Part shown: positions 28,612 to 40,021 of the stretch, in pieces
Position numbering within the stretch: position 1 is the stretch's first letter
Layout: every line of letters begins with the position of its first letter
Assembly (NCBI GenBank): GCA_963816355.1
Contig: CAWFKH010000005.1
Location: 160,001 to 224,000 of the forward strand
Direction of reading: 5' to 3'
DNA from: an uncultured Gemmatimonadales bacterium
GTDB lineage: Bacteria; Gemmatimonadota; Gemmatimonadetes; Longimicrobiales; RSA9
DNA length: 64,000 nucleotides
Notes under the pieces: model-generated
Told to the model about the DNA's origin: nothing
Seen by the model: only the letters and a program-made list of their open reading frames with translations
The model's database searches: none
Translations under genes and position numbers: made by a program

Positions 28612-28683
28612 CTGGACGAAGTCTAACGGACTGTTATATTCTGTCCCACCACGGCTGGACAAAATCTAACGGTGTGTTATATT
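28612..28683 (+). promoter_or_regulatory. Tandem duplicated promoter/operator of the AbiE operon (2 x 29 bp, period 43)
   Basis: CTGGACGAAGTCTAACGGACTGTTATATT and CTGGACAAAATCTAACGGTGTGTTATATT. Each has a TGGACR -35, a TGnTATATT -10 and an internal TAAC-N5-GTTA palindrome. Confidence 0.75.
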
Positions 28684-28690
28684 TCATCCC

Positions 28691-29260
28691 ATGGAAACAC
28701 AGGCTTTCGCAATCGTTCACGAGATCGCGCTCGATCACCATGGCTATTTCACGATGGAGCAGGCGCGTGAGGCTGGTGTCGCTTCCATGGCCGTCGTGAT
28801 GATGGCGAAAAGAGGGACGATCGAGCGGGTCGCCCACGGTCTGTACCGCAATCCGCTCATTCCCATTTCGACCCTCGGGCCGTACATGGCGGCGACGTTG
28901 TGGCCCCAGGGAGCCCGTGGCGTCATCTCGCATCAGTCGGCGCTGGAGCTGCTCGGACTTTCAGACGCCAGCCCGGCTCGGATCCATCTCACGCTTCCGA
29001 AGAAGATGAGGGTCCGACGGAGTGTGCCGCGGCAGTACGTGCTCCACCACGCCGACCTGATTCCTTCCGATACCACACTCGTTGAGGGCATTCCCGTAAC
29101 TACGGCCGCTCGGACGATCCGGGACTGCCACGCCGTGCACCTTGGACCCGCGCTACTGCGCCAGGCGATCGACGATGGCCGACGGACCGGGCGGCTGACT
29201 GCCGCACAGGCCGCGGAACTCGAGGACGAAGTGCTTCCACACGTGGGGGAGGGGCGGTGA
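28691..29260 (+). CDS. abiEi: Type IV toxin-antitoxin antitoxin, AbiEi family
   Basis: N-terminal wHTH HHGYFTMEQAREAGV...GTIERVAHGLYR; VISHQSAL; GIPVTTAARTIRD. Confidence 0.88.
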   Translation: METQAFAIVHEIALDHHGYFTMEQAREAGVASMAVVMMAKRGTIERVAHGLYRNPLIPISTLGPYMAATLWPQGARGVISHQSALELLGLSDASPARIHLTLPKKMRVRRSVPRQYVLHHADLIPSDTTLVEGIPVTTAARTIRDCHAVHLGPALLRQAIDDGRRTGRLTAAQAAELEDEVLPHVGEGR

Positions 29261-30126
29261 GCGAGGACAGCGAGACCCGATCTGGTTTCAAGCCACCGCG
29301 GAGGACGCCGCCCCCGAGCCATCGGGCTCTTCTCCAGGTGGTCCAGCGGTACGCGGACTTCCACGGCGCTGCGCCGAACCGCGTTCAACGATGGATCGCG
29401 TTCATGGTGCTTGGCGGCGTGCTCAGCCGGATCGTGGATGACGGAAGCGACCCGCAGTTCCTCGTGAAGGGTGGCGTGTCCCTGGAGTTGCGACTTCGGT
29501 TACGTTCACGGGCCACGAAGGACTTCGATGCTACGTTCCGGGGTGAGCGCGACACCGCCCTGCGGTCTCTGGAGAATGCCTTCGCCGAACCGTACGAGGG
29601 ATTCACGTTTCGGATCGGTGGTGAGCCTCAGGAAACGATCCACATGACCCGCATCGAGGTCAAGGTCGAGTACATTGGTCGGGTCTGGTCTTCCATCACC
29701 ATGGAAATCTCGGCCTACGAGGGCACCGACATGCCAGCCGAGCACGTGCCCGCGATCAGCCTCTCAGATTTCGGACTGAAGGGCCCTGAACGTCTTCCGT
29801 GCTTGCCGCTCGTGAAGCAGGTGGCGCAGAAGCTCCATGCCATGACCGAGGAGTTGGAGAGCGGTCGACCGAACGAGCGTTTCCGGGATCTGTGGGATCT
29901 GTGGGTGCTGCGTGAGCTCGTGGTGCCCAGTGCGGAGCTCCGGGAGGTGTGCGAGGAGACGTTTCGCATTCGTGCGAAGCACCCATGGCCGCCCGAGGTT
30001 GTGGTCCACGATCACTGGGTCGAGCCGTTTGCGGCTCTCGCTGAACAGGAGGGGCTCTCGGTGCCGGAGGCTCAGGAAGCGGCCGAAAAAGTGCGCGAGT
30101 ACGTCCGCCTCATCGCCGAGGCGTAA
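29257..30126 (+). CDS. abiEii: AbiEii-family nucleotidyltransferase toxin
   Basis: LVKGGVSL...SRATKDFD, AQKLHA and RFRDLWDL motifs; GTGA overlap with abiEi. Confidence 0.9.
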   Translation: MSEDSETRSGFKPPRRTPPPSHRALLQVVQRYADFHGAAPNRVQRWIAFMVLGGVLSRIVDDGSDPQFLVKGGVSLELRLRLRSRATKDFDATFRGERDTALRSLENAFAEPYEGFTFRIGGEPQETIHMTRIEVKVEYIGRVWSSITMEISAYEGTDMPAEHVPAISLSDFGLKGPERLPCLPLVKQVAQKLHAMTEELESGRPNERFRDLWDLWVLRELVVPSAELREVCEETFRIRAKHPWPPEVVVHDHWVEPFAALAEQEGLSVPEAQEAAEKVREYVRLIAEA

Positions 30127-30442
30127 TCCACCCCGACAACAAGAGACCCCCCTCTCCCAGAAACGGGTATCTGTGCCTCTCCTTCCGGCGCCTGCGCCGA
30201 CATTCAAGCAGCTTGCGCAACCGTCGCAGCTTTCGCGCATCGGCTGGTACTCGCCTGTCGTTTCGGTAGCGACGCGGCGCGCCTCGTGTCGCGGTGATCG
30301 CCCACCCTCATGAACTGCGCCCCTCGCGCACTGATACGGCTCGCTCCCGTGGGCAGCTGATCGGGGTGAGGGTGGAGCGGGAGAGCGTCGACCGAGTTCG
30401 CCGGTGGGCGCCCTGGGGGCCGGGCCGGCCGGCAAACTCTGA

Positions 30443-30470
30443 CCGCCTGTCCTAAAGCGAGGACAGGCGG
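30443..30470 (-). terminator. Strong hairpin downstream of gyrB (possible terminator)
   Basis: CCGCCTGTCCT-N6-AGGACAGGCGG, a perfect 11-bp stem about 55 nt after the gyrB stop; no clear U-tract. Confidence 0.45.
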
Positions 30471-30523
30471 CCATCTATTCTCCATCACCCCGATCAGAAC
30501 TTTCCCGGCCCGCCACGCCCGCC

Positions 30524-32882
<2,359 letters not shown>

Positions 32883-32898
32883 TTCGACGGCTCCGCGC

Positions 32899-34047
32899 TC
32901 ATTCGTGGATCCTGCCCGCTTCGATCCTCAGGCGGGGCAGCGTGCCGTGCCGGACCTCGAGGTCCGACGGTTTCGGCGCCGTGAGGATCACCTGCCCCCG
33001 CTCCTCCTCCTCGAGCAGCTCGAGGATGCGGCGCGAGCGGCCCGGGTCGAGCTCCGCGAAGACGTCGTCGAGGAGCACGATCGGCTCCCCGCCGCGCGCC
33101 TCGCGGACCGTCTCCGCCTCGACCATGCGCAGCGCGAGCGCCGCGGTGCGCTGCTGGCCGCCGGACCCGTAGCCGCGCAGGTCGACCGCCCCCTCGCCCG
33201 CGCCCAGCGAGAAGGCGACGTCGTCGCGGTGCGGGCCGGCGAGCGTCACGCCGCGCTCGCGCTCGCGCGAGGCGGTGCGACGCAGCTCGGCGCGGAACGC
33301 CTCGGCCACGTCGGCCGCATCGCCGGCGCGTTCCGGCGCGAGCGGCACGGCGGGCTCGTAGCGCACGTGCAGCGGCGCGCCCTCGCCGGCGATGCGCGCG
33401 GTGCGGCGCGCGAAGCCCTCCGCGTTGGCGGCGATCCAGGTGGCGCGCTCGGCGACGATGCGCGCGCCGGCGCCGACGAGCGAATCGTCCCACGCGGCGA
33501 GCAGGGTCGGCGAGGCGCCCTCGCGCAGCATCGCATTGCGCTGGCGGAGCACCTGCCGGTAGCGCTGCAGCGCGGCCATGTAGCCTGCCCGATTGAGGGA
33601 CAGGACGATGTCGAGGAAGCGACGCCGCTCGCCCGGGGGCCCCGCGATGATCGCCGCGTCGGAGGGCGAGAAGACGACGGCGCCGACGCGGCCGATCGCG
33701 TCACTCAGACGCTCCGGCTCGACGCCCGCCTCGGTGACCTTCTTCCTGTGGGAGCGCCGCTCGAACGCCGCAGTGACCTCGTGCGGCGTCGCGTCGCCCG
33801 CGCGCTCGAAGCGGCCGCGCACGTGGAACGCGTCCGCACCGAAGCGGACGAGCTGCTCGTCCGCGGCGCCGCGGAAGGAGCGGAAGATCTCGAGATAGTA
33901 GATGCCCTCGAGGAAGTTGGTCTTGCCGGAGCCGTTGTCGCCGACAATGGCGATGCCCTGGGGCGGGAGCCGCAGGTCCAGCGCCGCGAAGTTGCGGAAG
34001 TCGCGGAAGCGGAGCTCGCAGCACGCGAAGGTCGTCGGGACGCTCAT
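32899..34047 (-). CDS. recF: DNA replication and repair protein RecF
   Basis: FRNFA, GDNGSGKTNFLE, ERRRFLD, GPHRDD, GSGGQQR, LLDDVFAELD; ATG 34047. Confidence 0.97.
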   Translation of the reverse strand: MSVPTTFACCELRFRDFRNFAALDLRLPPQGIAIVGDNGSGKTNFLEGIYYLEIFRSFRGAADEQLVRFGADAFHVRGRFERAGDATPHEVTAAFERRSHRKKVTEAGVEPERLSDAIGRVGAVVFSPSDAAIIAGPPGERRRFLDIVLSLNRAGYMAALQRYRQVLRQRNAMLREGASPTLLAAWDDSLVGAGARIVAERATWIAANAEGFARRTARIAGEGAPLHVRYEPAVPLAPERAGDAADVAEAFRAELRRTASRERERGVTLAGPHRDDVAFSLGAGEGAVDLRGYGSGGQQRTAALALRMVEAETVREARGGEPIVLLDDVFAELDPGRSRRILELLEEEERGQVILTAPKPSDLEVRHGTLPRLRIEAGRIHE

Positions 34048-34094
34048 CGGCCGGTGAAAAGATACCCCCGCGCCGACCCGCCGGCAAACGCGAG

Positions 34095-34232
34095 CCCCCC
34101 AGACCCCCGTACCCCCCAGACCCCCGTACCCCCCGCAGACCCCCGTACCCCCCGCAGACCCCCGTACCCCCCCCAGACCCCCGTACCCCAAACCCCCCGC
34201 AGACCCCCTCCCCAGACCCCAGACCGATCTCC
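34095..34232 (-). repeat. G-run-rich tandem repeat, unit ~GGGGGTCTGCGGGGGGTAC (copy 1)
   Basis: Directly visible; shares a near-identical ~60-bp core with 38766-38864 in the opposite orientation. Confidence 0.9.
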
Positions 34233-34258
34233 ACCCACCCACCCCTGTCCCAACCCCC

Positions 34259-35047
34259 TCACCTTCCCCGGAACTCCGCCTTCCTCTTCCCCAAAAACGC
34301 CGCCATCCCCTCCCTCATGTCCTCGGTCGCCGCCAGCAGCCCGAAGAGATTTGACTCGAGCGTGAGCGCGTCCTCGGTGCCGGTGTCGCCGGCGCGGTCG
34401 ACCGCCTCCAGCGCGAGCGCGACGGCGACGGGGCCGTTGCCGAGGATCTGGCGCACGAGGCCGGCGGCGGCCTCGCGCAAGGCGGCGTGCGGCGTGACGC
34501 CGTTGACGAGGCCGATGCGGTGCGCCTCCGCGGCGTCGATCATCTCGCCGGTGAGGATCATCTCGAGCGCGCGGCCGCGGCCGACGAGGCGCGGCAGCCG
34601 CACCGTTCCGCCGTAGCCGGGGATGATGCCGAGCTTCACTTCGGGCAGCCCCATGCGCGCGTTCTCGCTCGCCAGCCGGAGATGACAGGCGAGGGCCAGC
34701 TCCAGGCCGCCGCCGAGCGCGAAGCCGTTGATCGCCGCGACCACCGGCTTGCCCATGCGCTCGACGAAGCGGAACGCGTCCTGTCCCTTGCGCGACGTCC
34801 GGATGCCGTCGAGCGGCCCCATGCGCGACAGCTCCGCGATGTCGGCGCCCGCGACGAACGCCTTCTCACCGGCGCCGGTGACGACGACGCCGCCGACGTC
34901 GTCATCCGCGGCCAGCGCGCGGAAGGCGTGGTCCAGCTCACCGATCGTGGCGTCGTTGAGCGCGTTCAGCTTCTCGGGTCGCGAGACGATCAGGAAGGCG
35001 ACGTCGCCGTCGCGTTCGATCGACAGGTTCTGGTAGTCGGGAGGCAT
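34259..35047 (-). CDS. Enoyl-CoA hydratase / crotonase
   Basis: RPEKLNAL, AFVAGADI, AAINGFALGGGLELALAC, PEVKLGIIPGYGGT. Confidence 0.95.
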   Translation of the reverse strand: MPPDYQNLSIERDGDVAFLIVSRPEKLNALNDATIGELDHAFRALAADDDVGGVVVTGAGEKAFVAGADIAELSRMGPLDGIRTSRKGQDAFRFVERMGKPVVAAINGFALGGGLELALACHLRLASENARMGLPEVKLGIIPGYGGTVRLPRLVGRGRALEMILTGEMIDAAEAHRIGLVNGVTPHAALREAAAGLVRQILGNGPVAVALALEAVDRAGDTGTEDALTLESNLFGLLAATEDMREGMAAFLGKRKAEFRGR

Positions 35048-35118
35048 GGGGCTCGGGATCGGTGCGGGTGATCGTGCCGGAATGCCGCCAAGGTAGGGAG
35101 CGGCGCGGGAGGCGGCAA

Positions 35119-37755
35119 TCAGGCGCCGCCGCGCACGATCCCCTCCACGAGACGGTCCGGGTCGAAGCAGGCGCGGAGCGCGTCGCGCACCTCGTCCCGG
35201 GTGACGGCCTCGATGCGCTCCTCGAGATGGGCGAGGTCGTCGAGCCCGGCGCCCAGGAGGAGCGCGTCGGAGAGCGCGCCGAGGTGGGCGGCGTTGGTCT
35301 GGTTGCGGATCTGCCAGGCGCCGATCGTGTAGCGCTTCGAGCGCTCGAGCTCGTCCGCATCCAGCCCTTCCTCGGCGAGCCGCTCGAAGCCCTCGAGGAG
35401 CGCCCGCCGCACGTCCTCCTCCTTCTCCGGCGAGGTGGCGACGTAGGCGACGAAGGCGCCGCCGAGCCAGCGCGTTACGGGGTAGACGGAGACGCTGTAG
35501 GCGAGGGAGCGGCGCTCGCGCAGCTCGTCGAAGAAGCGGCCGCCGAGGCCGCTCAGCGCGTTGGCGAGCACCTGCAGCGGATAGATGGCGGCGTCGCCGC
35601 GGGCGGCCCCCGGGAAGCCGAGCACGAGCGCGGTCTGCTCGCGCTCCCGGCGCTCGATGCGGCGCACCGGCTCGCCCGGCCAGAGCGGGCGCGCCGGCTC
35701 GGAGCCCGCTTCCGCCGCGGCGATGGCGGCCAGCTCGACCTCCGCGCGCGCGGCGACGTCGTCGGGATCGACGTCGCCGACCACGATCAGCCACGGCGCG
35801 CCGTGCAGCACCTCGCGCCGGTGCCACGCGGCGACTTCGTCGCGGCCGAGCCCGCGCAGCGCGCGCTCGGTGGTGGCGACCGGCACGCCGTACGGATGGC
35901 CGGCGAAGGCGCCCTCGAGGAAGAGCTTGTACGGGTAGTGGTACATGTCGTCGCGCAGGCGCTCGATCTCGCTCAGCGCGACGTCCCGCTCGCGCTCCAG
36001 CTCGCGCGCGGGGAAGGCGGGGTGCAGCGCGACGTCGGCGAGCAGCTCGAAGCCGCGCGCGAAGTGGCGGCTGGGGAGCGACAGCGACCACGTCAGCAGG
36101 TCGGCGGAGACGCCGGGCGCGATCGAGCCGCCGAGCGCCTCCGTCGCCTCCGCGATGTCGTCCGCGCTCCGCGTCGCGGTCCCCTTCAGCGACGCCTGCG
36201 CGAGCAGCGACGTGACGCCGGCCTGGGGCTCGCTCTCGTGGAGCGCACCGCCGCGGTAGCAGAGGCCGATCGCGACGAGCGGCGTCGTGCGCCGCGGGCG
36301 CACCACCACGCGGGCGCCGTTCGCGAGCGTGTACGTGTGCACCGTGCCGCCGGCGAGCGGGACGGCGTGGCCGGTGGCGCGACGTCGCGCGGGCGCGGCC
36401 GGCGGCGCGCCGGGGAGCGCCGGGGCGTGCGGCGGCGCGGGCGCGACGTCGCCGGCCTCGAGCAGCCGGTCGAGCGTCTCGGCGTCGAGGTCGAGCGGCG
36501 CGGCGCGCGGGCGGTAGACGACGACGCTCGCGCGCTCGCGTGCGAGGTAGCGGGCGGCGGCGGCGTGGACGTCGTCCGGCGTCAGGCCGAGGACGCGCTC
36601 CATGTGGCGGTCGGCCAGCCGCCAGTCGCCCAGCGCCTGCCAGCTCGCGAGCAGCATCGCCTGGCCTTCCGCCGTCTCGTGACGCCGCAGGTGGCGCGCC
36701 TCCAGGATGTTCTTCGCGCGCTGCAGCTCGGCGGGCGTCACGCCGCTGCGCAGCACCGCCTCGATCTCGGCGCCGACCGCCGCGAGGCACCCGCGGCTGT
36801 CGGCGGGAGGCAGCTCCGCGCTCACGCCGAAGACACCCACATCGGTCGGCGTGTAGTTGTAGGCGCTCACCGCGCTCGCGTAGCCGCGCTCCCGAACGCC
36901 CCGGTAGAGCCGCGAGGCGCGGCCCTGCCCGAGGATGACGCCGAGCGTGCCGACCGCCGCGGTGTCCGGGTGCGCGGTGCCGGGCGTGCGCCACCCCCAC
37001 TCGATGTACGCCTGGCCAATGTCGCCCTCGATCTCGCGGAAGCGCAGCCCGCTCCGCTCCGGCTCCCGCGGCGGCGCCTGCTTCAGGACCTCGCCGGCCG
37101 GCATGTCGCCGTAGAAGCGCTCGACCTGCGCGAAGGTGCGCTCGGCCTCGACGTCGCCGGCGACCACGAGGATGATGTTGGACGGGCGGTAGAGCGCGCG
37201 GTAGTAGCTCCACACGTCGCCGCGCGTGAGGCGGCGCAGCCCTTCCTCCGTCCCGATCCGCCAGCGCCGCATCGGATGCACGTCGAACATCAGCTCGTAG
37301 AGCGTCTCCGACGCGACCGCCGATGGATTGTCCAGCTTGCGCTTCGCTTCCTGGATGATCACCAGCAGCTCGCGCCGCAGCTCCTCCTCGTCGATCTGCG
37401 AATTGCGCAGCGCGTCCGACTGGATGTCGAGCCCGCGCTCCAGCGAGGATGCCGGCAGCACCGTGTAGTAGGAGGTGTAGTCGTAGATCGTGCCGGCGTT
37501 CAGATAGCCGCCCGCGATCTTCGTCTCACGCGCGATGTCGCCCACGCCCCGCCGCCGCGTCCCCTTGAAGAACATGTGCTCGAGGACGTGGCTGATGCCG
37601 ACGAGCGCGTCCGGCTCGTCGAAGTAGCCCGCCTTGACGTGCGTCACGATGGCGGCGACCGGCGAGGCGTGGTCCTCGCGAACGAGTACGGTCAGGCCGT
37701 TGTCGAGACGGCGCTCGTGCGTCCGCAGACGCGGCTCCGCAGGGCTGGGAGACAT
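35119..37755 (-). CDS. M16 (pitrilysin) family zinc peptidase, fused two-module form
   Basis: HVLEH (HxxEH) zinc motif; the second module has RFFDELRERRSLAY. Confidence 0.93.
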   Translation of the reverse strand: MSPSPAEPRLRTHERRLDNGLTVLVREDHASPVAAIVTHVKAGYFDEPDALVGISHVLEHMFFKGTRRRGVGDIARETKIAGGYLNAGTIYDYTSYYTVLPASSLERGLDIQSDALRNSQIDEEELRRELLVIIQEAKRKLDNPSAVASETLYELMFDVHPMRRWRIGTEEGLRRLTRGDVWSYYRALYRPSNIILVVAGDVEAERTFAQVERFYGDMPAGEVLKQAPPREPERSGLRFREIEGDIGQAYIEWGWRTPGTAHPDTAAVGTLGVILGQGRASRLYRGVRERGYASAVSAYNYTPTDVGVFGVSAELPPADSRGCLAAVGAEIEAVLRSGVTPAELQRAKNILEARHLRRHETAEGQAMLLASWQALGDWRLADRHMERVLGLTPDDVHAAAARYLARERASVVVYRPRAAPLDLDAETLDRLLEAGDVAPAPPHAPALPGAPPAAPARRRATGHAVPLAGGTVHTYTLANGARVVVRPRRTTPLVAIGLCYRGGALHESEPQAGVTSLLAQASLKGTATRSADDIAEATEALGGSIAPGVSADLLTWSLSLPSRHFARGFELLADVALHPAFPARELERERDVALSEIERLRDDMYHYPYKLFLEGAFAGHPYGVPVATTERALRGLGRDEVAAWHRREVLHGAPWLIVVGDVDPDDVAARAEVELAAIAAAEAGSEPARPLWPGEPVRRIERREREQTALVLGFPGAARGDAAIYPLQVLANALSGLGGRFFDELRERRSLAYSVSVYPVTRWLGGAFVAYVATSPEKEEDVRRALLEGFERLAEEGLDADELERSKRYTIGAWQIRNQTNAAHLGALSDALLLGAGLDDLAHLEERIEAVTRDEVRDALRACFDPDRLVEGIVRGGA

Positions 37756-37904
37756 CACACAGGGGTTTCGGGACGCGCTCATCCGGGCCGCGGTCGAGGG
37801 GCAAGCGGCGTGCCGGACCTCGATTGACCGCCACACCCGCGGCTCGCATCCTGCAAGGGGCCGCGACCGGATCCGGTTCCTTCCATCCTCGCACGGGAGC
37901 ACAC

Positions 37905-38765
37905 GTGGAGGTCTACCTCAACGGCGATTTCCGCGCCGCCGCCGAAGCCACCGTCTCGGTCGACGACCGCGGCTTCCTCTTCGCCGACGGTGTCTACGAA
38001 GTCATTCGCGTCCACGGCGGCCGCCCCATCGCCATGGCGGCGCACCTCGCCCGGCTGCGCCGCGGGCTGCGCGAGCTGCGCATCGCATACGACGACGTCG
38101 CCGCCCTCGCCACCGCCGCCGACGCGCTCCTCGACCGCAACCGCCTGCGCGACGGCGACGCCACGATCTACGTCCAGGTGACCCGCGGCGCGGCTCCCCG
38201 CAAGCACGCCTTCCCCGACGCCGTCGAGCCCACCGTCTACGTCGCCGCGCGCACGTTCCGACCCCACCCGGACGACTTCTTCACCTTCGGCGTCGAAGCG
38301 ATCCTCGTCGGCGACGACCGCTGGGCCCGCTGCGACATCAAGTCGACGTCGCTGCTGCCCAACGTGCTCGCCAATCAGCGCGCACACGACGCCGGCGCGT
38401 TCGAAGCGCTCTTCGTGCGCGACAACATCGTCCTCGAAGGCTCGCACTCCAACCTGTGGGCGGTCTTCGACGGTGAGCTCGTGACCTACCCGGCCTGCAA
38501 CTACATCCTCGACGGGATCACGCGCCGTCAGGTGTTCGAGCTCGCGGCCGACCTCGGCATCCCCGCGCGCGAGGGCCTCATCCCGCTCGACCGCCTCTTC
38601 GACGCCGAGGAGCTGTTCCTCTCCGGAACCACCGCCGAAATCCTGCCGGTCACGCGGGTCGACGGCAAGCCGATCGACGACGGCGAGCCGGGGCCGCTCG
38701 GGAGGAAGGTGCTGGAGAGGTACAGGCAGGAGATGGGGCGGGCGACCTGGACGGAAGGTGGATAG
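37905..38765 (+). CDS. dat: D-amino-acid aminotransferase (class IV PLP)
   Basis: DRGFLFADGVYEVI, YVQVTRG, RWARCDIKS, ILDGITR. Confidence 0.9.
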   Translation: MEVYLNGDFRAAAEATVSVDDRGFLFADGVYEVIRVHGGRPIAMAAHLARLRRGLRELRIAYDDVAALATAADALLDRNRLRDGDATIYVQVTRGAAPRKHAFPDAVEPTVYVAARTFRPHPDDFFTFGVEAILVGDDRWARCDIKSTSLLPNVLANQRAHDAGAFEALFVRDNIVLEGSHSNLWAVFDGELVTYPACNYILDGITRRQVFELAADLGIPAREGLIPLDRLFDAEELFLSGTTAEILPVTRVDGKPIDDGEPGPLGRKVLERYRQEMGRATWTEGG

Positions 38766-38864
38766 GGAGGTGGGTCTGGGGTCTGCGGAGGGGGTCTGCG
38801 GGGGGTTTGGGGTACGGGGGTCTGCGGGGGGTTTGGGGTACGGGGGTCTGCGGGGGTCGGGGGG
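38766..38864 (+). repeat. G-run-rich tandem repeat (copy 2)
   Basis: GGTCTGGGGTCTGCGGAGGGGGTCTGCGGGGGGTTTGGGGTACGGGGGTCTG..., homologous to 34095-34232. Confidence 0.9.
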
Positions 38865-39012
38865 AGGGCGTGCGGGCCCGTATGGCTATGGCGGCGCCCA
38901 CCGTCGGGGGCGACCTTGCCGCGACGACCGAGGAGCGGTAGCCTTGGCCCTGGCGGCGGCCGGCGCGGCGTCGCTCCCTCTCGACACGGCACCCGCGACA
39001 CGGAAGACGGCG

Positions 39013-39501
39013 ATGGCTCGCTCGCTCAACAAGGTCATGCTCATCGGCAACGTCGGCGCGGAGCCCGAGATCCGCTCGACCGGATCGGGCACCAAGATCG
39101 CCAAGGTATCGCTCGCCACGAACCGCAGCTTCTCCGACCGCAGCGGCCAGACCCAGGAGAAGACCGAGTGGCACCGCCTCACCTTCTTCGATCGCCTCGC
39201 CGACCTCGTCGAGCAGTACATCCACAAGGGCGACCGGCTCTACGTCGAGGGCCGCATCGAGTACTCGCAGACCGAGGACGACAAGGGACAGCCGCGCTAC
39301 TGGACCGACATCGTCGTGCGCGAGATGGTGATGCTCGGCTCGGGCGCCGGCTCCGGCGGCGAAGGCGGAAGCGGTGGGGGAGGCGGCAACTGGCAGGGCC
39401 GCTCCGCGCAGCCCCAGCGGGGCGGCAGCCGCACCGGCGGCGACGCGCCCGCCTCGGCCGACTCGCCCTTCTCCGACGAGGACGACGACCTGCCCTTCTG
39501 A
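39013..39501 (+). CDS. ssb: Single-stranded DNA-binding protein
   Basis: LNKVMLIGNVG, TEWHR, KGDRLYVEGRI, C-terminal DDDLPF. Confidence 0.98.
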   Translation: MARSLNKVMLIGNVGAEPEIRSTGSGTKIAKVSLATNRSFSDRSGQTQEKTEWHRLTFFDRLADLVEQYIHKGDRLYVEGRIEYSQTEDDKGQPRYWTDIVVREMVMLGSGAGSGGEGGSGGGGGNWQGRSAQPQRGGSRTGGDAPASADSPFSDEDDDLPF

Positions 39502-39528
39502 GCGGCGCCGCCGGCGCCGCCGGCAGGG

Positions 39529-39786
39529 TCAGGGCAACGCCCGCCTGGCGCTCGCCGCTCGCCGGTCCGCCGGCAGCTCGAAGTGGTCGGTGACCTCCAG
39601 CTCGGCGGGCGCGAATTCGTGCGTCTCTCCCGTCACGTCGAGCGCCACGACGCAGCGGTTCGGCCGGTACTCGCTGGCCGCCACCACGATGCCGGTCCGG
39701 CCCACCAGCGAGGGATCGATCGGATAGCCGGCGCGCCGCACCTTCACGCGCGTTCCACTGGGGACCCCCGGGATCGGTACGGCCAT
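39529..39786 (-). CDS. Small hypothetical protein (SH3/KOW-like beta pattern)
   Basis: AAGGAG SD before ATG 39786; GTRVKVRR...VGRTGIVV...FAPAELEV. Confidence 0.75.
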   Translation of the reverse strand: MAVPIPGVPSGTRVKVRRAGYPIDPSLVGRTGIVVAASEYRPNRCVVALDVTGETHEFAPAELEVTDHFELPADRRAASARRALP

Positions 39787-40021
39787 GTCCAAGACTCCTT
39801 CGCGATTTCGGCTATGAGCCCGCGCGCACGTCGCGACCCGACGCCGCGGCCCCTCGCCCCTCGGAGACCCGCGGGCGCCCGCGCGCCGGCAAAGGCGCGA
39901 TTGCACGGAGAAACGTAGGGAGGACGCGAGGGACGGCGCAACGGCTCGCGGCCCTTGCCCCACGCCTCGCCTCGCCTATATTCGCCGCCGAAGAGAATCC
40001 CCGTTCCGCAGAGGAAGAACG

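Larger units (their letters stand above)
24580..30500. other. Accessory islet of visibly lower GC downstream of gyrB (boundaries approximate)
   Basis: Abrupt rise in A/T-ending codons. Contains an orphan ORF, an IS3 element and an AbiE TA pair; no integrase seen. Confidence 0.7.

Noticed and set aside
24580..30500. Prophage or ICE
   Set aside because: No integrase, relaxase, phage structural gene, tRNA target or flanking direct repeat was seen.
34095..34232. Gly-rich N-terminal extensions of RecF (from 34242) and SSB (from 38758) in the ORF track
   Set aside because: They are translations of the G-rich repeat. Recognisable protein sequence begins at 34047 and 39013.
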